NCBI RefSeq assembly: GCF_036588685.1
Contig: NC_086377.1
Coordinates: forward strand, 2,356,001 to 2,420,000
Origin: Mytilus trossulus
Lineage: Eukaryota
Reading direction: 5' to 3'
Length of the DNA: 64,000 nt
Under the pieces are notes generated by a model. That model had not been told where the DNA came from. It did not search any database and was given only the letters and a program-made list of their open reading frames with translations. A program made the translations under genes and the position numbers. Of this stretch, positions 1-14,800 are shown in pieces (position 1 is the stretch's first letter; each line of letters starts with the position of its first letter).

Positions 1-270
1 TTTTTAATGTAGAAAATGGAGGATTAAACCTTGTTATATAGCGCTTACCCTCTTACTTTTATGACAGTATCATCAAGTTTCGTTATATTTACATTGATGC
101 GTTATTAAACAGACACAATAAATAAATAGTCAAAATATGGGTACAACAGTCATCATTGTATACCAATTTTAAAAGGAACACTTTAACAGAACACAAAAAC
201 ATCTTCTATCTACGAACACATTGATTGATTTGAGTGTCTGACGTCAGAATTTTTTGTATACGTCACATCT
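1..270 (-). mobile_element. Fragment of the 3' region of the Penelope-like element family, second copy of ~33115-33365
   Basis: aatgtagaaaatggaggattaaacc...tctacgaacacattgattgatttgagtgtctgacgtcagaa closely matches 33120-33350. Confidence 0.7.
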
Positions 271-1056
271 TTTTAAGTAAGATATCAAGGATTCGGATAT
301 AGTATATGACAAATTTGAGGAAGTTTTTGTTCTAAAATTTTAAAACAATTTATAAATAGTATAAGATGAATTGTAGGAAGTTTTGTTCTCAAAATTGTAT
401 TCAATATATACATAGTATATGCTGAATACGAGGAAGATTTTGTTCTAAAATTTCAAATCAATATATAAGTAGTTAATGACAAATTTGAGGAAGTTTATAA
501 TCTAACACTTTAAATTAATATCTAAATATAAATTTCAAGGAATCAAATATACGAACTGTGTAAACTACAAACACGTCCTTGTAGATGTTATCATACGTAG
601 TATGCTCTTTTTAGGTATAAGTTTACTTTTGTACTGAAATACTATCATATGCGTTTAAACATGTTCGAGTTTTTATAACATGCATGCTTCTCATTACGTT
701 ATAATATGATATACACGGACATATTTTAGAAATCAAATTAAAATCTATATCTAGAGCTGTCAGGTTTTTTGACTATCACTACTGGTAAAATAATTTAATG
801 TCTATAATGAAATGAGATAAGTTCAAGGCCTACGCAGAAAACTAACTAGTATGAAGAATGGACAATAATACTATCCCTGACGCAATGAGTAAAACTTCCA
901 CTATGCATCAAAGGCTTTATGAATTAATAATTTAAGACCAGGAGTAGAATGCATATATAAATGACCAATCAATTGAAATACAGATTCTACAAAGTTGATC
1001 GATCATGTTGAAAGGCATGACATGTAAACTGCAACTGTTATAAATTGTTGTTGTGA

Positions 1057-1632
1057 AGAAGAGTCATATTTTCCAAATATTGTAATCCCATTCTAGTATT
1101 ACAACATGTATCCCACAGAATATTTGAGAAGAGTAAAATTTTCCATATGTTGTAATCCCAATCTAGTATTACAACATGTATCCCACAGAATATTTGAGAA
1201 GAGTAGAATTTTTCATATGTTGTAATCCCATTCTAGTATTACAACATGTATCCCACAGAATATTTGAGAAGAGTAGAATTTTCCATATGTTGTAATCCCA
1301 TTCTAGTATTACAACATGTATCCCACAGAATATTTGAGAAGAGTAGAATTTTCCATATGTTGTAATCCCAATCTAGTATTTCAACATGTATCCCACAGAA
1401 TATTTGAGAAGAGTAGAATTTTCCATATGTTGTAATCCCATTCTAGTATTACAACATGTATCCCTCAGAATATTTGAGAAGAGTAGAATTTTCCATATGT
1501 TGTAATCCCATTCTAGTATTACAACATGTATCCCACATAATATTTGAGAAGAGTAGAATTTTCCATATGTTATAATCCCATTCTAGTATTACAACATGTA
1601 TCCCGCAGAATATTTGAGAAGAGTAGAATTTT
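1057..1632. repeat. 60-bp minisatellite, ~9.5 copies
   Basis: The unit gagtagaattttccatatgttgtaatcccattctagtattacaacatgtatcccacagaatatttgagaa repeats in exact 60-nt register. Confidence 0.95.
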
Positions 1633-2179
1633 TGGTCAATGTTATCAAGCTCATATTCAATATCATTGACCTCATTGTCTAGTGCAAGCCACTGTTAATA
1701 ATAATTGGTTTCAAACAATTGATTACGAAAATTATTTTAAGTTATAGGACAATACTATTGTGTCAATATTATGACTGTTTTCGTTGCTCATTGTTAAACA
1801 TGTATATGATTTAGTCCATTTAGTCATGACACAATTTGCATGGATCATATCGATCATAACCATAGATTCTACTTATCGAATGTTAAATACAGTTTATATG
1901 AACGTTGTTATAGAACCTTTACATTAAAATCTTCCAAGACTTCCAAGATACATGTAACATTCAATCGTCTTGATTATAATCAGTAAAAATGCTAGACATC
2001 TCAATGTGTTTTTACTCAGGTTTACCTATACATTGTTTTACTTATGTTTATGTTTATAATATAGTTCAAGGATTTGTATAAAAGTAATTTAATAGTGCTA
2101 TATTTTTTAAACAATTTCTTTTTAACATTTTAAAACAGCATATCTAAATATCAGATTTGGAAACCGTTTTAATTAAGGA

Positions 2180-2630
2180 GTGTTCCTATCTAAACATATC
2201 TCTGGTTTGACTATATTTAGTATTGTTTCTATTTAAACATAGCTCTTGTTTGACTATATTTAGCATTGTTTCTATTTAAACATAGCTCTGGTTTGACTAT
2301 GTTTAGGATTGGTTCTATCTAATTATAGCTCTGGTTTGGCTATATTCAAGATTGTTTCTATCTGAAATAGCTCCAGATTGACTATATTTAGTACTTATTA
2401 TATCTAAAAATCGCTCTGGTTTGACTTTCTTCAGATTTGTTTTTAATTTAACATCGCCCTGGTTTGACTATTTTCAAAAATGGTTCCATGTAAACATTGC
2501 TCTGGTTTGACCAAATTTAGGATTTTTTTCTATCTAAACATAGCTTCGGTTTGACTATATATTAAGTATTGTTTCTATGGTTTTACTATATTTAGGATTA
2601 TTTCATATTAACCATAGCTCTGGTTTGACT
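2180..2630. repeat. Degenerate ~43-bp tandem repeat, ~10 copies
   Basis: The core agctctggtttgactat recurs at 2241, 2284, 2327 and onward. Confidence 0.85.
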
Positions 2631-3107
2631 TCATTATTTGGTCATTCGAGTTTATGAGCACTTTCGTGTTTCTTCATTATTTGGTTATAGGTTTTTACAT
2701 ATTTATCTATTGATCATATTTGAGGATCATGCCCATGAGGTACAATACAAATGGTACCGTTGATAATTATACACACGTCTGCATGGTCTGCTTCTATATA
2801 GCACATGTTCTAACTTTTTCTTCTATCACACCAAGAAATGTGCAGTATCAAGTACAATTGTGTAAAATAACAAAAATACTGAACTCCTTTGAAAATTTAA
2901 AATGGAAAGTCCCTAATCAAATGGCAAAATCTAATGATAAAACACATGTTACGAATGAATGGGTTGTTTGGTAAACTTGAATGACCAAAAGATTAAGTCA
3001 AACCAGAGCTATGGTTAGATAGAAATATTGAATGCACACATACATCGAATAAAAAGACATGTGGGAATTATTGTTAAAGCAACCAATCAGAACAAATCCA
3101 TACACAA

Positions 3108-3795
3108 CAGTCAGGGGCGTTACTTAAACAAGTTAATTTTTTTTTAATTACTTATATAAGTATTTTTTTATTTTAAAAATAATAAAATTACTTAATAGAG
3201 TTATTTTAATTTTCAATAGAAAAATAGACTTAATGTAGTTTTCATGATTTTAAACAACATTTTATATCATAAAATAAAGAATTTATCAGATTTGAGAGGA
3301 GTATAGAGATAAAGGGTTACTTTGAAAATAATGACCAAAATATTACTTGAATAAGTTATTTTAAACTTTTTTTTTTTTTTTTTATCTAAGGCACATATGT
3401 AATTGATTTAGGTAACACATTATAAATAACTTCAGGTCTTAACCAATTCACAAGTATATATCTATTTATATTAGCCTACCTTCAAAATTTTAGAGGAAAA
3501 TGATAATTTAATAGTCCCAAGAGACCAGTTTTTGACCCAGATGCGTCGGTATGAAGGATAAGTCCGTCGGAAAGTTAATTAGTGTTTCTAAAAAAATAGG
3601 TTTTATATGTCAAGAGAAAATTAACCAGATAACTGTGAAAAATATTTAAAGCTAATTAAATCTGTATTCTTGGACACCTATAAAATAATATTCAGAAATA
3701 TAACTTAAATAAGTTATATTTAAATTAGCCTCGTTTTCAACATTACTTGTATAGATAATATTAATTGTTACTTGTTTAAGTAATGCCCCTGACTG
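3108..3795. mobile_element. Non-autonomous TIR DNA transposon (MITE) with 5-bp TSD
   Basis: TIRs are cagtcaggggcgttacttaaacaagt and acttgtttaagtaatgcccctgactg. The direct repeat cacaa lies at 3103-3107 and 3796-3800. Confidence 0.85.
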
Positions 3796-5194
3796 CACAA
3801 TGTAAATATCTACCAGTTTTCGGACATGTAAATCATCAAAATAGAAAAAAAATCATTAGTTAATAAATTCCTATTTTGTTTACTACATTTTGCTATTACT
3901 GTTTCTAAAGTTATTGTTTTCCGACACCACATTCAAAAATGTTGATGAAATTCATCCTCCAAAACCTTTAGGTTGTTTTCTTATCTGACAGACGATAAAT
4001 AAAACTCATTGGTGGCTATATTTATAACAGTTTTAGTAGAAATTATTTACAGATACAAAATGTTATAAAGGTACACGTACAATTGTTATCTACCTTTTAA
4101 CCAGGTTTAATCCATCGGTATTCACAGTAAGGATATACCTTTACCCAGAAAAGCATACGAATGTTCCTTAAAGTTAGATATTTTTTATCTATTTCACTTT
4201 TTAATCATTTAGATTTTTTTCTACTCTATTTGAGTGCCCTCAAATTGTCCTAATTAATTATTGACAATACGTCGTTTTTAGTGTCAATATGAGGAGCTGT
4301 TCACAATGATATTGAGTACAAGATGGCGATCTGTATACACATTTCTTTAATTCTATTGAAAAAAAACCTCATAAATAATATTTGACTTTGCCCAGATCAT
4401 AATGTTTATATGGATCAAAATTAAAATTAAAAAGCTTTCTATTGTCATGACATATAAGCATGAACAGAGAATTTTTATTTCTTTAATCAAAAAAATATTC
4501 TAGGTATTTAGCAGTTTTATATATTAAACAATGCATGCATTTATTTAACTTATACGTCTTATCTTGTTGACACATACAAAACAATGAAAGTGTATACAAT
4601 TCAATCACTCCACGAGCTGTCATCTTTGCATACAAGGCCATTAGATATCATTAACATAATTAAGGCGGAAGTGTCGTGAATATATATGCAACACTGTAAG
4701 GTCAAACCTCGATGTTGAAATGCGGCGTTAAAACTTATTTGAAAAAAACACCATTTGCTATTCTTTAGTTATTTATAAAATATGGAAAACAATGATACTA
4801 GTCACTACCTTCACTTGTTTCACAAACCAATCATCCACATAATGAAGTCAGCCGCCATTTTGTGACAGACCTATCGTCAGGAAACACTTAGTTAACGGAA
4901 ATATGTACATATCGAGAAGTTTGATGTATACAAAGAGTTTGAATGATAATGTCTGTATCTTTTTAATGTATTTGTTTGTAAATTTCTTACAAAGTCTTCA
5001 TTGTTTAATGTTTTTTTTCCAATAAACCAACATATTATAACTATTGTTTGTTAAAACACTGAAGATGAGTTTTCGCTGATATAACATTAACAAGTTAACA
5101 TTAACCACTAAGCATTCCACAGCTTGTTTTATAGTTCTAAACATGGAATAGTTATATGCATATATGTTGTTTTTAGTATATCGTATCTATCGAA

Positions 5195-5543
5195 AGGGGG
5201 ACGAAAGACACCAAAGGGACAGTCAAACTCGTAAATCTAAAACAAACTGACAACGCCATGGCTAAAAATGAAAAAGACAAACAGAAAAACAATAGTACAC
5301 ATGACACAACATAGAAAACTAAAGAATAAACAACACGAACCCCACCAAAAACTAGGGATGATCTCAGGTGCTCCGGAAGGGTAAGCAGATCCTGCTCCAC
5401 ATGCGGCACCCGTCGTGTTGCTTATGTGAATACAAATCCGGTAAATAGTCTAATTCGGTAGGTCAAATTCATGAAAGGGAAGGGGATTATAGTTACGACG
5501 TAAGGAACATATCCGATATCATTTGTGAAACGGTTATTCCATA
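5195..5543. mobile_element. SINE-like interspersed repeat, copy 1
   Basis: 5196-5420 is the near-perfect reverse complement of 6326-6553. A related copy lies at ~25790-25952 (gctccggaagggtaagca). Confidence 0.75.
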
Positions 5544-6230
5544 ATACATTCTGCAGAGGGTATACAAAAAAACGGGGATTGCAATTTTAAATAGATTGGT
5601 AAATAGCCTTTTTACATATAAGATGTCAAATTACACATCGTATTTATCGAAAATACATTCTGCAGATGGTATACAAAAAACGGGAATTGCAATTTTAAAT
5701 AGATTGGTAAATAGCTTTTTACATATAAGATGTCAAATTACACATCGTATTTATCGAAAATGCATTCTGCAGAGGGTGGATACCAAAAACGGGGATTGCA
5801 ATTTTAAATAGATTGGTAAATAGATTGGTAAATAGCTTTCTACATATAAGATGTCAAATTACACATCGTATTTATCGAAAATACATTCTGCAGAGGTTGG
5901 ATACCAAAAACGGTGATTGAAATTTTAAATAGATTGGTAAATAGCTATTTACATATAAGAAGTCAAGTTACATCGTATTTATCGAAAATACATTCTGCAG
6001 AGGGTGGATACCAAAAACAGGGATTGAAGTTTTAAATAGATTGGATGAAGTTATATGCATAAAAGATTCTATAAATAGTTTATCGTTTTTGTCGAAAATA
6101 CATTCTGCAGAGGGTGAATACTAAACACGGGGACATTATGCAGAGAAGGGATACTAAAACGGGGACAATGTGCACAGAGGGGACACTAAAACGGGAACAT
6201 TGTGCCCACGGGGACACTTAAACGGTTGAT
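5544..6230. repeat. ~108-bp tandem repeat (~5.5 copies) decaying into ~29-bp repeats
   Basis: The core acattctgcaga recurs at ~5546, 5655, 5762, 5883, 5990 and 6100. Confidence 0.85.
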
Positions 6231-6325
6231 TTGTATTTAACAAGAAAGAATCATTACTCTTCGTTTGTTTTGCCTTTGTATACTGTATACATTAATGTTA
6301 TCAATGTTGAATTGAAAAAAAAACG

Positions 6326-6553
6326 ACAACACGACGGGTGCCGCATGTGGAGCAGGATCTGCTTACCCTTCCGGAGCACCTGAGATCACCCCTAGTTTTT
6401 GGTGGGGTTCGTGTTGTGTATTCTTTAGTTTTCTATGTTGTGTCATGTGTACTATTGTTTTTCTGTTTGTCTTTTTTCATTTTTAGCCATGGCGTTGTCA
6501 GTTTGTTTTAGATTTACGAGTTTGACTGTCCCTTTGGTATCTTTCGTCCCTCT
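6326..6553. mobile_element. SINE-like interspersed repeat, copy 2 (inverted relative to copy 1)
   Basis: Reverse complement of 5196-5420. Confidence 0.75.
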
Positions 6554-7385
6554 CTTTACCATGCATGTACACTTGAACTTTTCATATAAAAAAGAATATG
6601 TGGTATAATTGCCAATGAAACAACTCTCCGTAAGTGATTAAATGACACAGAAACTATATGTCACCGTGCGGCCCTCAAACATGAGCAAAGCACATAACGC
6701 ATCGTCAGGCATAAAAGACTTTGCCATCTTATAAAAGTGAGACGACAGAACAAAACATAAAAATGTTAAATTCCCCATTTCCTTTCTCAATTTTTTTTTT
6801 ATTATTCAACAACATTATTGCACACACTGTTGACTTTATCAACTCAGTTTATATGGAAAATAAGAACATTCATGCTAAACATACTGAAAAAAGAATAGAG
6901 TTTTCCTAAAACTTCGATATTCTTTTTATTTTACTTTCTACCTTCTGTCATTGTCTGTTAATCTCTTTTCATTAGGATAACCTTTAATTCTATAAATGGT
7001 TATTTTATATCTATATTACATTTTAGTAAAGTAATGCTAACCTTCTTTTCTATTTAATATTGAATGTCGTACATTATCATATCAATGATTTTAGATGATA
7101 TTATATTAAAAGATTAGGATATTATATTTCAAATATGGTATTGAGTTTTATACTGTTTCCAGTAATTGGTCTGAATTTGTTAGTCAATTGTGTTGTACGT
7201 CTATAATGGAAACACTATGTTTTCATAATTACGTCAAATTGATAATTTAAAACAAATTCAGGCAAAACTAACAAAAGAAATGATTTTTTTAATAGTCCAG
7301 TATCTTAAATTATAAACAGAAATGTTGACACAATGAATAAAGCATACTTAATAGTTATCCCACGAGGACGCGGTGTGTCCTTGTA

Positions 7386-8480
7386 AGTAAAGGCAACAGT
7401 AGTATACCGCTGTTCAAAACTCGTAAATCCATGGAAAAAAACAAAATCGGGGTAACAAACCAAAACCGAGCGAAACGCATTAAATATAAGAGGAGAACAA
7501 CGACACAACACCGAAACGCAACACACACAGAAATGGACCAAGCATCAGACAAAACACCACGAGAATAACAAATATAACATGAAAACCAAATACATGAATT
7601 TGGGATAGACAAGTACAGTGCCACGTCTTATCTCAATATCTCAAAAATAAGAGGAAACATAAACGATTCAACGTTAAAATGCAACACACAGAGAAACGAA
7701 CAATAATATAACAATGACCATCTTCCTGACTTGGTACAGGACACTTTTAAAGTGGAATAAAAGTGGTGGGTTAAACCTGGTTTTATGGCATGCCAAACCT
7801 CGCACTTTAATGGCAAAGTTAAATATAACATTGAAATGACAACATAATAATACAGGACTACAATACAAATAAATAGGAGAACATATTAGACAAAGAAAAA
7901 CATGATTAATAGATTAACAAAAAGCATCAGGTTTAAAATTCAATACGCCAAAAACGCGCCTTGTCCACACAAGACTCACCAGTGACGCCCAGATATAAAA
8001 GATCGAAAGTGACAAAAGTACAAAGTTGTACAGCACTGAAGATCAAAAGTTGAAAAGGTTTCGCCAAATACGGCATTGTTTTTATGCCCGGGATAAGAAC
8101 ATTCTTATTATATAGAACAATTCATGCTATTGCAAACAGTAAATGTTATCAAATGAATATGAAAGAGATATACACAAAGAAACTAAAGTATTAACTAATT
8201 ACAGAAAACTAAACCTGAATACATAACGCCTAGATATAAAAGATCGAACGTGAAAAAGGTACAAAGTTGTACAGCACTGAAGATCAAAAGTTGAAAAGGT
8301 TTTGACAAATACGGCATTGTTTTTATGCACGGGATAAGAACATCCAATTATGTAGAACACTTAATGCTATTGCAAACAGTATATTTTAACAAATGAATAT
8401 GAAAGAGATATAAATAATGAAACTGAAGTATTAACTAATTACAGAAAACTAAACCCGAGTTTATCACAAAATAGACACAC
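7386..8480 (-). mobile_element. Non-autonomous interspersed repeat with a degenerate hammerhead-ribozyme-like motif and a ~241-bp internal duplication (Penelope/retrozyme-like)
   Basis: 7986-8225 is repeated at 8227-8460. The minus strand at 7944-7992 reads gggcgtca-ctggtga-gtc-ttgtgtg-gac-aagg-cgcg. Confidence 0.5.
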
Positions 8481-8869
8481 ATCCGAATCAGTCTAGGAAC
8501 TTGACACCATATAATCTAAATATATGAGGTGAATATCATACAATAGATCTTTAGGATCTTTGTTTACAAAATTGAAAATGCCATCTCAAATATTTTCATT
8601 TAAAGTACATGTGTGGCCAAGTTATTGATACATAAAATTATAAATGATAAAGCGTAGTGTGTAGTAGATAGTTCTAGTCCAATCTAAGTTTTCCGTGTCG
8701 AAAAAAACTGTTTGCTTGAATGGGGTTGAAGTAACTTCAGTGACTGACCTATCGGCAAACATTTAACAGTTTCTATGAGCTGTCTGTTTAACTGTCACAT
8801 GTTAACTTTTATCAATCAGAATATTTAGTAAACAAATTTAGTTGCTGATTATCATATCACGCATAAGAA

Positions 8870-11800
8870 TAATTGCTTAAAAAACAGCCATGCTACTTTA
8901 ACTAGAAAAATTCCAGAAAAGGTTACTGAAACAGCTGCTTTAACTGTCTACATCAAAACCAGACACGGCGGTGTACATACTATCAGGAATACTACCCGTC
9001 AAATCACTGTCTACATAAACACCAGACCCGGCGGTGTACATACTATCAGGAATACTACCCGTCGAATCACTGTCTACATCAACACCAGACACGGCGGTGT
9101 ACATACTATCAGGAATACTACCCGTCGAATCACTGTCTACATCAACACCAGACCCGGTGGTGTACATACTATCAGGAATACTACCCGTCGAATCACTGTC
9201 TACATCAACACCAGACCCGGTGGTGTACATACTATCAGGAATACTACCCGTCGAATCACTGTCTATATCAACACCAGACCCGGCGGTGTACATACTAGCA
9301 GGAATACTACCCGTCGAATCACTGTCTACATCAACACCAGACCCATCGGTGTACATACTATCAGGAATACTACCCGTCGAATCACTGTCTACATCAACAC
9401 CAGACACGGCGGTGTACATACTATCAGGAATACTACCCGTCGAATAACTGTCTACATCAACACCAGACCCGGCGGTGTACATACTATCAGGAATACTACC
9501 CGTCGAATCACTGTCTACATCAACACCAGACATGGCGGTGTACATACTATCAGGAATACTACCCGTCGAATCACTGTCTACATCAACACCAGACCCGGCG
9601 GTGTACATACTATCAGGAATACTACCCGTCGAATCACTGTCTACATCAACACCAGACCCGGCGGTGTACATACTAGCAGGAATACTACCCGTCGAATCAC
9701 TGTCTACATCAACACCAGACCCATCGGTGTACATACTATCAGGAATACTACCCGTCGAATCACTGTCTACATCAACACCAGACACGGCGGTGTACATACT
9801 ATCAGGAATACTACCCGTCGAATCACTGTCTACATCAACACCAGACATGGCGGTGTACATACTATCAGGAATACTACCCGTCGAATCACTGTCTACATCA
9901 ACACCAGACCCGGCGGTGTACATACTATCAGGAATACTACCCGTCGAATCACTTCCCACATCAACACCAGACTCGGCGGTGTACATACTATCAGGAATAC
10001 TACCCGTCGAATCACTGTCTACATCAACACCAGACCCGGCGGTGTACATACTATCAGGAATACTACCCGTCGAATCACTGTCTACATCAACACCAGACAC
10101 GGCGGTGTACATACTATCAGGAATACTACCCGTCGAATCACTGTCTACATCAACACCAGACACGGCGGTGTACTTACTATCAGGAATACTACCCGTCGAA
10201 TCACTGTCTACATCAACACCAGACACGGCGGTGTACATACTATCAGGAATACTACCCGTCGAATCACTGTCTACATCAACACCAGACACGGCGGTGTACT
10301 TACTATCAGGAATACTACCCGTCGAATCACTGTCTACAACAACACCAGACCCGGCGGTGTACATACTATCAGGAATACTACCCGTCGAATCACTGTCTAC
10401 ATCAACACCAGACCCGGCGGTGTACATACTATCAGGAATACTACCCGTCGAATCACTGGCTACATCAACACCAGACCCGGTGGTGTACATACTATCAGGA
10501 ATACTACCCGTCGAATCACTGTCTACATCAACACCAGACACGGCGGTGTACATACTATCAGGAATACTACCCGTCGAATCACTGTCTACATCAACACCAG
10601 ACCCGGCGGTGTACATACTATCAGGAATACTACCCGTCGAATCACTGTCTACATCAACACCAGACATGCCGGTTTTACATACTATCAGGAATACTACCCG
10701 TCGAATCACTGTCTTCATCAACACCAGACCCGGTGGTCTACATACTATCAGGAATACTATCCGTCGAATCACTTCCTACATCAACACCAGACACGGCGGT
10801 GTACATACTATCAGGAATACTACCCGTCGAATCACTGTCTACATCAACATAAGACACGGCGATGTACATACTATCAGGAATACTACCCGTCGAATCATTG
10901 TCTACATCAACACCAGACACGGCGGTGTACATACTATCAGGAATACTACCCGTCGAATCACTGTCTACATCAACAACAGACACGGCGGTGTACATACTAT
11001 CAGGAATACTACCCGTCGAATCACTGTCTACATCAACACCAGACCCGGCGGTGTACATACTATCAGGAATACTACCCGTCGAATCACTGTCTACATCAAC
11101 ACCAGACACGCCGGTGTACATACTATCAGGAATACTACACGTCGAATCACTGTCTACATCAACACCAGACATGGCGGTGTACATACTATCAGGAATACTA
11201 CCCGTCGAATCACTGTCTACATCAACACCAGACATGGCGGTGTACATACTATCAGGAATACTACCCGTCGAATCACTGTCTACATCAACACCAGACCCGG
11301 CGGTGTACATACTATCAGGAATACTACCCGTCGAATCACTTCCCACATCAACACCAGACCCGGCGGTGTACATACTATCAGGAATACTACCCGTCGAATC
11401 ACTGTCTACATCAACACCAGACATGCCGGTTTTACATACTATCAGGAATACTACCCGTCGAATCACTGTCTTCATCAACATCAGACCCGGTGGTCTACAT
11501 ACTATCAGGAATACTATCCGTCGAATCACTTCCTACATCAACACCAGACACGGCGGTGTACATACTATCAGGAATACTACCCGTCGAATCACTGTCTACA
11601 TCAACATAAGACACGGCGATGTACATACTATCAGGAATACTACCCGTCGAATCATTGTCTACATCAACACCAGACACGGCGGTGTACATACTATCAGGAA
11701 TACTACCCGTCGAATCACTGTCTACATCAACAACAGACACGGCGGTGTACATACTATCAGGAATACTACCCGTCGAATCACTGTCTACATCAACACCAGA

Positions 11801-14800
11801 CCCGGCGGTGTACATACTATCAGGAATACTACCCGTCGAATCACTGTCTACATCAACACCAGACACGCCGGTGTACATACTATCAGGAATACTACACGTC
11901 GAATCAATGTCTACATCAACACCAGACATGGCGGTGTACATACTATCAGGAATACTACCCGTCGAATCACTGTCTACATCAACACCAGACATGGCGGTGT
12001 ACATACTATCAGGAATACTACCCGTCGAATCACTGTCTACATCAACACCAGACCTGGCGGTGTACATACTATCAGGAATACTACCCGTCGAATCACTTCC
12101 CACATCAACACCAGACCCGGCGGTGTACATACTATCAGGAATACTACCCGTCGAATCACTGTCTACATCAACACCAGACATGCCGGTTTTACATACTATC
12201 AGGAATACTACCCGTCGAATCACTGTCTACATCAACACCAGACACGGCGGTGTACATACTATCAGGAATACTACCCGTCGAATCACTGTCTACATCAACA
12301 CCAGACCTGGCGGTGTACATACTATCAGGAATACTACACGTCGAATCACTGTCTACATCAACACCAGACCCGGCGGTGTACATACTATCAGGAATACTAC
12401 CCGTCGAATCACTGTCTACATCAACACCAGACATGGCGGTGTACATACTATCAGGAATACTACCCGTCGAATCACTGTCTACATCAACACCAGACCCGGC
12501 GGTGTACATACTATCAGGAATACTACCCGTCGAATCACTTCCCACATCAACACCAGACCCGGCGGTGTACATACTATCAGGAATACTACCCGTCGAATCA
12601 CTGTCTACATCAACACCAGACATGCCGGTTTTACATACTATCAGGAATACTACCCGTCGAATCACTGTCTTCATCAACATCAGACCCGGTGGTCTACATA
12701 CTATCAGGAATACTATCCGTCGAATCACTTCCTACATCAACACCAGACACGGCGGTGTACATACTATCAGGAATACTACCCGTCGAATCACTGTCTACAT
12801 CAACATAAGACACGGCGATGTACATACTATCAGGAATACTACCCGTCGAATCATTGTCTACATCAACACCAGACACGGCGGTGTACATACTATCAGGAAT
12901 ACTACCCGTCGAATCACTGTCTACATCAACAACAGACACGGCGGTGTACATACTATCAGGAATACTACCCGTCGAATCACTGTCTACATCAACACCAGAC
13001 CCGGCGGTGTACATACTATCAGGAATACTACCCGTCGAATCACTGTCTACATCAACACCAGACACGCCGGTGTACATACTATCAGGAATACTACACGTCG
13101 AATCAATGTCTACATCAACACCAGACATGGCGGTGTACATACTATCAGGAATACTACCCGTCGAATCACTGTCTACATCAACACCAGACATGGCGGTGTA
13201 CATACTATCAGGAATACTACCCGTCGAATCACTGTCTACATCAACACCAGACCTGGCGGTGTACATACTATCAGGAATACTACCCGTCGAATCACTTCCC
13301 ACATCAACACCAGACCCGGCGGTGTACATACTATCAGGAATACTACCCGTCGAATCACTGTCTACATCAACACCAGACATGCCGGTTTTACATACTATCA
13401 GGAATACTACCCGTCGAATCACTGTCTACATCAACACCAGACACGGCGGTGTACATACTATCAGGAATACTACCCGTCGAATCACTGTCTACATCAACAC
13501 CAGACCTGGCGGTGTACATACTATCAGGAATACTACACGTCGAATCACTGTCTACATCAACACCAGACCCGGCGGTGTACATACTATCAGGAATACTACC
13601 CGTCGAATCACTTCCCACATCAACACCAGACCCGGCGGTGTACATACTATCAGGAATACTACCCGTCGAATCACTGTCTACATCAACACCAGACCCGGCG
13701 GTGTACATACTATCAGGAATACTACCCGTCGAATCACTGTCTACATCAACACCAGACACGGCGGTGTACATACTATCAGGAATACTACCCGTCGAATCAC
13801 TGTCTACATCAACACCAGACACGGCGGTGTACTTACTATCAGGAATACTACCCGTCGAATCACTGTCTACATCAACACCAGACCCGGCGGTGTACATACT
13901 ATCAGGAATACTACCCGTCGAATCACTGTCTACATCAACACCAGACATGCCGGTTTTACATACTATCAGGAATACTACCCGTCGAATCACTGTCTTCATC
14001 AACACCAGACCCGGTGGTCTACATACTATCAGGAATACTATCCGTCGAATCACTTCCTACATCAACACCAGACACGGCGGTGTACATACTATCAGGAATA
14101 CTACCCGTCGAATCACTGTCTACATCAACATAAGACACGGCGATGTACATACTATCAGGAATACTACCCGTCGAATCATTGTCTACATCAACACCAGACA
14201 CGGCGGTGTACTTACCATCAGGAATACTACCCGTCGAATCACTGTCTACAACAACACCAGACCCGGCGGTGCACATACTATCAGGAATACTACCCGTCGA
14301 ATCACTGTCTACATCAACACCAGACCCGGCGATGTACATACTATCAGGAATAGTACCCGTCGAATCACTGGCTACATCAACACCAGACCCGGTGGTGTAC
14401 ATACTATCAGGAATACTACCCGTCGAATCACTGTCTACATCAACACCAGACACGGCGGTGTACATACTATCAGGAATACTACCCGTCGAATCACTGTCTA
14501 CATCAACACCAGACATGCCGGTTTTACATACTATCAGGAATACTACCCGTCGAATCACTGTCTTCATCAACATCAGACCCGGTGGTCTACATACTATCAG
14601 GAATACTATCCGTCGAATCACTTCCTACATCAACACCAGACACGGCGGTGTACATACTATCAGGAATACTACCCGTCGAATCACTGTCTACATCAACATA
14701 AGACACGGCGATGTACATACTATCAGGAATACTACCCGTCGAATCATTGTCTACATCAACACCAGACACGGCGGTGTACATACTATCAGGAATACTACCC

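Noticed and set aside
5173-5409. 78-aa ORF MPHVEQDLLTLPEHL...
   Set aside because: It lies wholly within a multi-copy SINE-like repeat and is a spurious ORF.
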